Of a DNA stretch of 64,000 bases, positions 26,676-52,139 are shown piece after piece. Under the pieces are notes generated by a model that was given only the letters and a program-made list of their open reading frames with translations, had not been told where the DNA came from and searched no databases. The DNA is taken from the NCBI GenBank assembly GCA_043228905.1, contig JBHGNT010000001.1, positions 2,356,001 to 2,420,000 of the forward strand, read 5' to 3'. The translations under genes were made by a program, and so were the position numbers. Source of the DNA: Azolla caroliniana. Lineage: Eukaryota > Plantae > Polypodiophyta. Each line of letters opens with the position of its first letter. Position 1 is the first letter of the stretch.

Positions 26676-28470
26676 ATGAGCTGCAATGGATGTAGAGTTC
26701 TAAGGAAAGGGTGTGGTGATGGGTGTGTATTGAGGCCGTGTTTGCAGTGGATCGAATCCGGCGAATCGCAAGGCTTTGCCACACTCTTCGTCGCCAAATT
26801 CTTCGGTCGATCTGGCCTCATGGACTTCCTCACCTCTGTCCCTCATACTGAAAGAACATGTATAATTCATTACACTCACACATACAACTCCTTTTGTTCT
26901 CTTTCATGTTTAGCATTTTTTATATTTGATGAATAAATCTTGGGGCATCCTTATGTTTGTTTTGGGTTTGTTGTACAATTAAGGAGTTATACGATGTATA
27001 TATATATTTGTTTTGGTTTTTACAGGGACACATTGAGACCTTAATTACACTTGCACTTCTTCTTCTTCTCATAACTAAGTTATCTAATACTGATATCATT
27101 TTATTACAAAGAAAATTTCACATTGATAATTAAGACTAAGAATTATTGCAATTCTATATTTCACATTGGTGAATTATTACTGTGTACTATTTAATAACAT
27201 TCCTAATTAATGATAATTTGATTCATTGCTAGCACATTCAAATTCATTCCAATTTGTTTAGGGATACAATGCCATTGGGTAGGTTTTTTAAACCATAGTT
27301 CCCCCATTGTATGCATCTTGAGATTCAAACCTCATGCCTTCGGGGTTCCTATTGATTAACCCTAACCAATCTAGCTATACTGGTTACATGCACATTCTGA
27401 GCTCATGTCATATCTCAAATTTCCATTATGTTGCAGCATTTCCATGGTGTGACCATGTATGTAGTTCATTGAATCTGTGTATCAATAGTTTGAACATTTG
27501 AGGTAAGTGGTTGTCATGCATGTTTAATGTTTTGAATGTCCAACTGTAAAAATTTTCAGTTCTATTCCAATCACTTCTATACGAAGCTTGCGGGAGGACG
27601 GTGAATCCGGTGCACGGGGCAGTAGGTCTACTTTGGTCAGGCAAATGGCATGTGTGCCAAGAGGCCGTGCAGACTGTCCTTAGCGGAGGGACACTTCATA
27701 ATCGCTATACCAACATTGGTGATGATGAGATTGATAATAATCGTAATAACAAGGTATCAAAGAGGAGCCGGAGCAGCACCAACAATTCTTGTAGTAGTAA
27801 CCTTAGATCAAGTATGCAACACTACCATTCACTTACTCGGGAGCACATGCCATCTTCTAATGGGTGCTTAGAAAGTGACCAAGCAGTGCAACCTATAACA
27901 ACTCAATCACATGTTCGTCATTGTGGTTATAATTTGGACACCCTATACAAACCTCAGCGTTTTACATCAGGTGGAGTTAATTTAATCCAAACCTTTGATT
28001 CTCATGATTATGGCGAGGTCAATTTTGACTTACATCACACCCCCTTGAGCAAGAGTAAGTTATACCCACATAAAAGGCCAAAGCTCAATATCGTTCATGA
28101 ACATATGACCAACAAAAGGAGTGATATTGATTATAGTGTCAAGGCCAATTATAATGTTCATTGTATACCAAATGAATGCAAGGACATCTATTTATATAAT
28201 GAAGGTGATGAGAAAATCAAGCTTGATTTGGGATTGAAGTCAGTCGATCATATATTTCATGAAGGAGCATCTTATGGTAACAATATTAATAATGACAATT
28301 GTAGTGTTTCTAGCCCCTCTAGTGGAAGCATGGTCACCACATTGGAAAGTTTACAACAATCTTCAATAGCAAGCCATCAGAAGCTCTTTTTATACGATGA
28401 TATCTCAAATATGCCCCATGATAGGGAATCACCCCGAACCAATTTTAAGCTCCTCAACCTTTTGGTATAA
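26676..28470 (+). CDS. LBD: Class II LOB-domain (LBD37-42-like) transcription factor (~364 aa, 2 exons)
   Basis: Exon 1 26676-26859: [26 protein letters not shown]...[14 protein letters not shown] (CX2CX6CX3C). Exon 2 27560-28470: [40 protein letters not shown]. Phase-1 intron; C-terminal KLLNLLV. Confidence 0.95.
27315..27383 (-). mobile_element. Probable tRNA-derived SINE head in the LBD intron
   Basis: The minus strand has box-A-like TAGCTAGATTGG and box-B-like GGTTTGAATCTC at tRNA-like spacing, but no cloverleaf. Confidence 0.45.
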
Positions 28471-30022
28471 TTATTAATCTAGTGAGCATGTGTGACTTTA
28501 GATATTGGTTAGAAACATCCCCATTATATAGTAGATATATAAAAACGACAAATACTTTTCCATGGCCATTTTGTTGAGAGTTTAGCCATGCCTTTATTTT
28601 CCTGAAATATTTAATAATAGACATAGTTCAACCAACATTCATTGGTGTTGGTGCTAATGTACTTGAGAAGAGAATTAATACCCTCGAGAATATAAACATA
28701 TATGTATTATTGTGATCAAATTCATACAACATGTATTCCTGAGTCCCACAATTACTTATACTTTGACAATAAGATAGTTCTCTCTATAAAGAAAATAAGT
28801 TAGGTTTTTGAAACATTTGAAAGGTTAGCCCAATGTTATATAGTTTTGGGGTTGCATAACCTATGACGGATGCCCACCCATGTATGAGCACAAAAGCTTT
28901 CTATTTATGAGGTTAACTCTTGGAGTTTTGGGTTTTCAAAGTAATAAATAGTGTGCTATAAGTCTACTAGCACCAAGGTTGACCCAAAAATCTTCGACTC
29001 AGGCATAGACTCAATATTTATTTTACAAAAAGTTCTTACATTCAATTAGACTGGTAGCCTGGTAGGTAAGTAAGAGAGGAAGATGTTAATTTGGTCAATA
29101 ATCAAAACCCATCTAATTTATGATATTTTTTGTTGTCATTTGAACAATCTCAATAGAAGTAGAGAAGAACGTAAGGATAGCTTTTAATTTGCTTCTCCAT
29201 TGATACATGTGATCAATCTTCTTCTAGTGGTATGCGCTTATATTAGTATTTGGGTAATAGATTTTGGACTTCTATTTGAATTGAAGAGCTCTCTAAAGTT
29301 TATGTTTTGTGTGTGTTTTATTGCATGTGCAATCTCACGTTTAGCAATTGATACACTCAATGAATCAACGTTACATTCTATTGCGATTGATGATTGATTT
29401 TAACAAACATTGAGTTGATGCTGAACTAAAAACCCATCATATGAACCACTATCATCTAAGCTATGAGAAATGCATTGCAGATTATATTATCATTTTTAGA
29501 AATCAAATTGAAAATAAGGTTAGTGAGCCGACTAGAACATTCGATTGATGGATTTTGTTCCAGTGGGATAATGTGTCTGGACAAGGTGGGTAAAGGTGGG
29601 TACATCAAATCAAATGCATGTGTTAATCTTGGCTCGAGTTATGCCTCCTCACCAAGGTCATGAACAAAGCTAGACCAATCGCTACCCTAATGTTAGTGAC
29701 ACGGGAGGTAGGAATGAGCCACCAATTGTTTTCAAGCCACCTAATTATCATAGTAGTCTCCAAGAAAAAATAAATGAGGATCATTTAATTAAGAACAATG
29801 TCACTTACATTTGTAATCTAGACCCTGAAAAACACTTAAATAGAAAGAAAGACCACAAAAAGAAGATTACTAATAGCATTACAATCAATAAAAACACTAG
29901 TTTTCCTAATGGAGAGAGGACAGGACAAAACAATGAGAATCTCAACCAACAAGCATGAATGATATGTCAACAGAAATTAGTAAATTGGTCTTTACTTCTA
30001 CAATCACGTATTTGATTTGTGT

Positions 30023-30635
30023 GGTCTTGTAGCTCAATTGGTTAGAGCATTAGTCTTATGAGCCAAAGGCCATGGGTTCAAGCCCCATCTTCACCAAACT
30101 TCTTATGAGCCAAAGGTCATGGTTCAAGTCCCATCTTCACCAAACTAACTTGGACGAGAAATTCATATCATAGTTATTCTAATGGTCTTGTAGCTTTAGT
30201 TGGTTAGAGCATTGGTCTTGTTGTGGGTTCAATACCAACCTTCACCAAATTGAGAGGGGGATCTTTGGTCTTGTTGTGGGTTTAATACCAACCTTCACCA
30301 AATTGAGAGGGGGATCTTGCTTGGCGTTGATCATCAAAAAATAAAGCAACTCATCCTCATGTCACTTAACTTTTGGTCGTAACTAGCAAGAGGGGGGTCT
30401 CGCTTGGTGTTAACCATCAAGAAATAAAGCAAAGTTCACATATTGTAGAAATTCATCCTCGTGGCACTTAACATTTTGCGGTGTAGCTTAGTTGGTTAAA
30501 GTGTATCTTATGGGTGGCAAATTTCAATACCCAGATTATTATCATCTTATGAAACTTGATTTGGTTATGTAGCTCAGTTAATTATAAACCATTGGCCTTA
30601 TTAGTGGAAGGTCGTAGGCTTGACTATTTTTACCA
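30023..30635 (+). pseudogene. Tandem array of degenerate tRNA-Ile(UAU)-derived units (about 6 full or partial copies)
   Basis: Copy 30023-30096 (74 nt) GGTCTTGTAGCTCAATTGGTTAGAGCATTAGTCTTATGAGCCAAAGGCCATGGGTTCAAGCCCCATCTTCACCA resembles plant tRNA-Ile(TAT), mostly by C>T/G>A changes; the acceptor stem is mispaired. Further copies at 30101-30142, 30184-30247, 30265-30300, ~30479-30532 and 30563-30635. Confidence 0.85.
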
Positions 30636-31408
30636 AATTGGCAATGAAGAAACATAGGAGGCACTCATTACAAAACTTGGGACCAATAGCAAATTGAGCT
30701 CATAGTTGAATTCTTGACACTTATTATAAATGTTTCTCTGCTGCTTACTATAGAAATTCATCGCCGTTGGCCTTGAATGTGTGACCAATAGCAAATTGAG
30801 GTAATGGTTGAGTGCTTAACACCATAGAAATTTGTCCTCCTTTCATGATGCATGTTACGGGCATAACCATAATTTATCCTGTGGAAGTTTGTACCATAGA
30901 ATTATACACACGAGAGGTTAATTGAGAGTGTAAAGGAGGGTAGGGTGGTTTACTTTTAATCCTAGAGATTGAGACAACCCTTAAGGACCAAGTGTGAACT
31001 TTCCTAGGGGCCTTAGGTCTGGATATAAATATGAAGCCTAGCTATCCTCATTCGACACATTGGTCGACTATGTTGGACAACAGAATCTTGTGGCGAATGA
31101 TTATGCCAAAATAGTTTCACTAGTTGTGCCTCGCTTCTCCGGATTAAGTATTTTGATTTGATACATGTTGTAGAGGAGATCAAAATATCACTCTAGGAGT
31201 TTCATGGGGAGAGGATTCGAGCTCAGAACCAATTACTAAAGAAGATTGGTGGAGATAGTGCTAAGACCTTGCGTTCTTTTGTTGTGTGAGGATATTTCCA
31301 TGGCCGCAATTCACTAACATTCTAACTTAAAATCCATTATTGTAAGAGCTTCGATCGATTGATTCACAAAACAAGATTGTTTTCCCTCTTGTCTGTGTGT
31401 CTGTAGTT

Positions 31409-31858
31409 ATGGCATCGCTGTCCTTCGCGGGTTGCCTCGTCCCTAGCAACAAATTCCCCACCATCGTCACACCTTCAATACAGCAGCAGCAGAATAAGAA
31501 GACTCATCGTCTGAGTCTTCCAATCTCTGCTAGGCAGAGGCCATCGGTGGAGGACCTGTACAGGATCTACGTGGAGAAGAATGTTACGAAGGAGAGGCTA
31601 TCAGAGCTAGGGGTGGAGAGGTGGAGGAGATGGGAGAGTGGTAATAAGAGCATACATGACTGGCATTGGAAAGTGGATGAACAAGTCTATATCACGAAAG
31701 GGTGTCTACGAGTCACTCCTCATGGTTCCCCTGATTCTGCCCATTTCTATGCTGGAGATGTTGTTCGCTTCCCAAAGTGGTTCTCAGCAACACTTGCAAT
31801 CGACGGAGAGTACGAGCAACGCTATCGGTTCTTGGCTTATGGCGAGGGCGAGGGTTGA
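31409..31858 (+). CDS. PTAC18: pTAC18-like plastid RmlC/cupin protein (149 aa, single coding exon)
   Basis: Ser/Thr-rich transit-peptide-like N-terminus, then EDLYRIYVEKNVTKERLSELGVERW...W.WKVDEQVYI.KG..RV.P.GS...F.AGDVVRFPKW...YEQRYRFLAYGE, which matches my recollection of Arabidopsis pTAC18. The ATG is at 31409; the ORF track starts at an upstream GTG. Confidence 0.85.
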   Translation: MASLSFAGCLVPSNKFPTIVTPSIQQQQNKKTHRLSLPISARQRPSVEDLYRIYVEKNVTKERLSELGVERWRRWESGNKSIHDWHWKVDEQVYITKGCLRVTPHGSPDSAHFYAGDVVRFPKWFSATLAIDGEYEQRYRFLAYGEGEG

Positions 31859-33891
31859 GGTTTGGAGTTCAGCTTCTCTCTTTCAGGATGATAAAAATTC
31901 TAAGTCTAAGTCTCTCTCTCTCCATAGGTCACATTCAAGATGATATGTGGATATGGTCCCATTCCCTAATGGGAATAGGATTACTCTATCCTATTCCCTC
32001 ATTCTTATGTTTTCTCATGGTATGTTGATTATGTTGTATGCTTTCAAAATGCATTCAGTATGTGCACATATTGTTTGGAAAACAAAGAAAATGTTAATGC
32101 TAAATGCTGTCGAAGATGGTGTCTTAGAAGTTAGAATGCGTAGGAGTAATTAAATGAGAACTATGGTGGGTTTAGAGGATCATGAGGTGAGATACTTGGG
32201 GTCTACAAGATGCTTGTGGAAATGCATGTTTGTTATATTAAACATCCCTTTATCTTCATTTTTAGCTATGATTTTTTCTTTCATTAGGTACACCTTTTTT
32301 TAGATTTCTTATGACCTCTTATCTTCACAGGTGCGTTCAACTCTTTCTGTCTCAGAATTCGACCTTAGAAGTACAAGTTGATCAAACTGAGCTGAATACT
32401 GATGGCTGATTTTGGATTTCAATGTTCTGAAGTGATGTTTGCTCTCATATATCATTTGGAAGCTTATCTACTTTCAAAGATAGATGTGAGAAATTTTGCT
32501 TGATAATCTGGACTTAACTTGAATCCAAACCTTATCATTAGACATTAATATTGTTTTCTATATTCTGAATGAAAGAGTATGACGAGTGGTTTGCCCAACT
32601 ATTATTCAAAATACCGAGATACTTCATCCATAGCCATAGCTTTTAGAAAAAGTTTTTGTTATTGATGAGAAATATTGCAATTTTCTGTACTTTTCTGAGT
32701 GCCTAAATGGTTTTATCATTTATAAGTCACCTGTCTAATTGTTTTTTCCCTTTTTTCATTCTCATGAGGATTATTTGATTGATATCTTCGTTACATACGA
32801 TTTTTATTTTAATACTGTTCCTTTTATATTTGAGGGACCTGTGTCATTATCATCACACCAAACAGAAGCTAACCTTTCCTTTCAATGGTTCTCTTGATGC
32901 TCTCTACATGACCATTTGGGCCAGTCGTCTCTCTCTAAATGTTTCGATTGTGTTTTGCAGAGTTAATATTATAAATTGAAGGTATCATGATGTATGCTTG
33001 TCACATTTTCTCGCTAATAAAGTATTATATTGTGAGAACAGCTTATCTATTATCCGACTTTAAATTCAGATGCCACAAATGATGAGCAGCATTGAACTTG
33101 ACAACTAAATCTCATTTACATCATTTGAGAAATTAAAAGTGTAAGGCCTTTTAAATTTGTCTACAAAAAAAACATATACCATGATACAGCATTAGATAGT
33201 GATAATGTAGAACATGTTTGCATTTGAAGTGATACGAACAACAAATAACAAACATAAAGCATTTTTGGAGGGAGCAACTATACATTGAGACATCCCACAA
33301 AGAGCCCGAAAATATTTCCTTCACAAATTCTCCAAAATCCACTTAGAAAAAAAGAGAATTAAAATACATCAGAGTTTCGAGATAGCTGTCCTAAATAGTT
33401 CTCTCAGGAACCCATAATGCTTAGTATCTCCATATCTCCATAATATGCTTAAGCATTTTCCTCTTCATTCATTTCATGTGCAACTAAACTGCCTTAATAC
33501 AGGACTAAACTAATTCAGACCTCAATTCTTTTGATTTCTTTTATTTATACACTATGTGAAACCCAAAATATTATGATGAATCTTCATGTCCAAAACTTCT
33601 CTAAACCCACCACAACCAAAATGCAGAGAACCTTGAAGAACTGCTAGGTATCTATTGGTAGGTCTTAAGGGAAAAAAATGTGTTGAGCAAAATATTCTTC
33701 TTACATATAATACTTCATTTTCGTTTTATGTGCCCTCTTCTTGAGTGTACAAGTAGTAACACAGACTACACATTCCACATCCTTTTGGGGAAATGTTGTG
33801 AACTCCTCTTGATGAGTACTCTTCTTCAGGAAAGATCAAGTGCGAATGTATGCAAAGACAAGAATAGCATTCTTGAAATATTTTTGGTTTT

Positions 33892-45297
<11,406 letters not shown>

Positions 45298-46901
45298 GCC
45301 TCAGAGATCAGAAAGCTGAAAAAAATTCGCAACCACGATTTTCCACCTTCTCGCACAGAGAGACGATCAAAGAATCAAGAATATGAAGACGAAGGCAGAG
45401 GCAAAAAATATGAGATGAAAACGTGGATCAAGAATCAAGAATCAAAGAGAGCAAGAGGAGACGATGAAGATGAACACGGGAACGTGAAAGTCTGAAAGAA
45501 ATGCGAATGCGAAGAAGAATGAGAGATAACAATCTCCATAGCCGGAGCTCTCGATCGATCGATCGAGCTTTTCTGCTGATGCCATTTTACGCATAATTTT
45601 GTTTTCGTTTCTGTTTTGTTTTTTCCTTTTGTCTTGTTTTCTTTTAGGAGGAGAGGGGGGTGGGGGGGGCTTGGCAATTGTGGTAAAATTTTCTCGACTT
45701 TATTTATTTTATTTTTTTAGCAGCAAAATGAATGAATGAGAAAGAGGGGGAAGACCTTTACACTACAAATACCCCCATCCTTATCCCCCGCCCACCCAAG
45801 CTTTCTATACATACATAATATATATGTACTTTTTTCTTTGAGGAAAACCATGTCCATATCTCTCCTCTCGTGGGGTTCGAGATATGTACGAATTGTTTGC
45901 TTGTATGCAAAAACGCCCACCCGCTCTTCGCCTTGGACAACAAATCAACAGAGTCACAAAACTTGCTAGAGCAAAGAAATTCAACCCCTAACTTGATGAG
46001 CAATCGGACAGACAAAACTTACTGGATCAGAGAAATGCAACCCCTATGAAACAGTGTGTGTACGATCTTTCGTTTAAACATTGCAAAAGAAGTGATCGTA
46101 TGTTGCTAGTACACATCTCCTCATAGCTGCAACCAAATGTAAACTCTCAATCAATACTCTCCTAATGATGAACTTTTGCTATAAGTGGCAATGATGTATG
46201 TCACTATGTTTTCAAGATTTTCCATCACCCACAATTAGAGCTACATACCTTCCATTCTTGTTCAACCTTAGATGATAGCCATCGAAGACATTCAATGGCA
46301 CAATGGTAGGAGAAATTAGTAGTCTCTTATAAAATTGAGTTTGAAGAAGTCTATATTAACTTATTAGTTCATGCAGGCGTTTTTATCTTTATAATTAGCT
46401 TACCCTAATGGTAACTAGTTAGCCTACCAAGTCAAGACCTTGAGTTCAATGCTCAACTATCATGTCTCTCTATTACAATTTTTTCCCTTAATTTACTTGA
46501 TGCCACTATGGAATGTAACATATGTCTCTTTGTCACAAATTTCCCCTTAATTACTAATGCCAGTGTGGAATGTAGAGGATATCGTTTATTTTTCTTAATT
46601 TACTAAATGTCAAGGTGGAATGCACGATCTTATAGTCTTCACACTCTGTATCCATTCAGGCTCCCCCCTCTCTCCCTATCTCAATTATGTACATTTCTCT
46701 CTATTAACCAGTGATTACTGCATAAATAAAGAGAGGGACTTCTTGCCATCATACAATCCATTGTTGAGCACATGAAGAGCTTTGGAATTTGAAGTCGAAT
46801 GCTTCCATTGAGTTGGTGATATCCCAATGTCTTTAATCATAGTCCTCCATCTGTTGAAGTATTATTGTATATATTGATATGCATTTTTGTGATCATATGG
46901 G

Positions 46902-47620
46902 CTCTCTCTCTCTTGGTGAAAACACACAATTATATTAATAAATGTGTGTAAAAAATACTATTTACAATGGGTATGACAATGGAGTATGGTCACCCACTAA
47001 CTACACTACATGAGTAGTGGAACATGTTGAACTGCCAATTGGCAATATGAACACTCCATTGAGGAAAGAATTTCCACTTGCTCCAATAAAGAAAATTGCC
47101 ACATTAGTACTCCCTTCAACTTTCGTAGATATGCTTTCACTCCATGTCTACCATCGAATACAAAAGACTTGTGCATGTTCCAATTATGATGCAATCCCTA
47201 ATATCTCAAAAATAGAAAAACAATCTTCATCTCTGATTTTGGGTCAACATGTGTAAATTGTGCAAACACCCACTGTTTAGGTGTCAAATAACACTGTGAT
47301 AAAACTTGCCAAATTTGAGAAATGTAATTCCAAATCTAACAAGCAATCAGACATTGTATAAATCGATAAGACTATTTTCCATTTGAACAGTGCAAAAAAA
47401 GCAATTACTCATTGCTAGTCCATGACGCTTTAGAGCTAATCCCAAAGGCAATCCTCCAATCAAAACTCTCCAAATAAAGACCTTTGCTACAAGTGGCAAT
47501 TTAGAATGCCAACTACGTTGTAAGATCTGCCACCACCCATTATTATATTTGGGTATTTTCCATTCTTCTTCAACCTTGGATGATAGCCATACAAGAGACT
47601 CAAGAGAGAAATGATACAAA
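46902..47620 (-). mobile_element. 5'-truncated L1/Tx1-type LINE 3' end with a (GA)n tail
   Basis: zf-RVT-like WHSKLPLVAKVFIWRVLIGGLPLG...CFFC (47347-47619); ORF end ...QHVPLLM* (47006); short 3'UTR; (CT)6 on + at 46902-46913. Confidence 0.82.
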
Positions 47621-47639
47621 AGATTAGTAGTCAGTTAGG

Positions 47640-50242
<2,603 letters not shown>

Positions 50243-52139
50243 CATGCATGCACGCACATTGAATGTCACACATTGTTTTAATTACATCACTATACATATG
50301 GGGGTTCCAAAGAATGTAACTTGCACGAGAAACCCATTATACAAGTTGCAAACATATAACAAAGTTTTGTGCAAATAGTAGGTGGCGCAATGCTTGCATG
50401 ATTCACTCCCCACTCTGAGGATAGAATAGGTGGTGATATATATATGATGTGGTACAACATGTCTTTAATTGTAAGGAGCATACCAATATTTGTACACGGT
50501 TTCAGAAATAAAGTGGTTCATTGATCAATTTTGAATGGCTAAGAAGCATGTCAAGGAACTTCAGTAAAGGGAATGGAAAATTGGATGCATAGAAGAAGTA
50601 ACATGAAATCATTAAATGTCAAAGGTCATAATATGTGGTTCCAAAGAAGGAACATGACATAACCATGGTCCATGCTTAAAAGAGATCGCAAACAAGAATG
50701 CCATGACATTAAAGGAGGCACATTATACAGAGGGGGTTGAGGATATTCTAGCAATATGTGCACTTTGTTTAAACACATGGAGTTGAAGACATGGAAGAGG
50801 GAAAACTAAGGAATTTGTATGAATTATTTGCTCACAATGTGTCATTAATGGACTACTAAAGATGGCCGACAAAAATACATCATTGAAATTTGTAAGAGGC
50901 AATTGCATGTATTAGAAATGCATTTAATGATGTTTATAAACAATGTTATATTATGGTTGGCAAGAAATTGGATTAGTGCAATTTATAAAGGTCGTGATTG
51001 CAACTAATTATCGCATGATCGCGATTATTTCTACTATGAAAATACCAATAGAACACATGAGGATGATACTATCATGTGGTGTATGTGTGTATGACAAATG
51101 TGACAAAATTGTTATCACATTGTCCACCCGTGTGCTTGTGGAACTCTATAGTAGCAAACTATGAAAAGTAAAATTCTCTCATTGGGCTTGTGGAATCTAG
51201 AAATATTCAAGAAGTGGCACATGAATGATTGTATATAACTACCTATGCCATCAAGAAGTGGGTATGGTATCATGAAGCTTCATCAAGAATCTTAAAGTCC
51301 ACATTAGGAAGTAGAAAATAATGCAATTGACCTGTAACATTACCAAATCCCCACATTCTACGCGGAATTTAAACGCAGCCAGCCCCATCTTGTCATCCAC
51401 ACATTTTCCCATGTGAAATCACTCTCTTTAAGAAAACATAGTTATGATGTAGCCAAGATTTCTCTATCTTTCTCTATTTCAAGATGTTAATGTCTTTCTT
51501 CCTTTGAAGATTTCCAAAATAAGGTATGCAACTTTTGTTTGAAATATAAATCATGACTCAACAAGTAGGGGGGAACCAATAGAATACCCCACATTCACAA
51601 TATTATATGGTGAACCATTGGTACACAATTTACTTAAGTATTGAAATAATCATTTAGCTATAGTTTTTAATGGGACATATTAAACCCCGCTTTTAAAGCC
51701 AAGCACTACTAAATAATTAAATGGGTAATCAATTAAATTAATAAATAAATAACTTTAAATTTTAGCCATATGAAATATGTATGTGCATAAGTTTGGGTGA
51801 TTTGCAAAATTTGTTTTGTACAACCCATTGATTGGATGAAAATTTGATATTAAACTATGATATGATATCAGGGTGGTCTAATAGCACTAAGGAATTTCGA
51901 CAATATAGCTGAAGGAGTAATATAACTGAATGAGTCCACATTGAAATCATAGTTTGAGAAATCACAAGCAATGGTACAAATAGGAAATACAAGGATGTTT
52001 ACATTGACTACTGCAATGTTTTCGACTAATTAAGGGGTGCTAACATTGTACAAGAGAATTGTGAAATAGGGAAAATAGCAAAAAGTTCAAGGGAGAATTA
52101 TTTCTTGATAAATGTCAAGTTTTCATGTCTTTATAATGC

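Noticed and set aside
30023-30635. Repeat-spacer appearance suggesting CRISPR, or a functional tRNA cluster
   Set aside because: Eukaryotic context with no cas genes; the repeats are tRNA-derived, the spacers are themselves repeated, and the acceptor stems do not pair.
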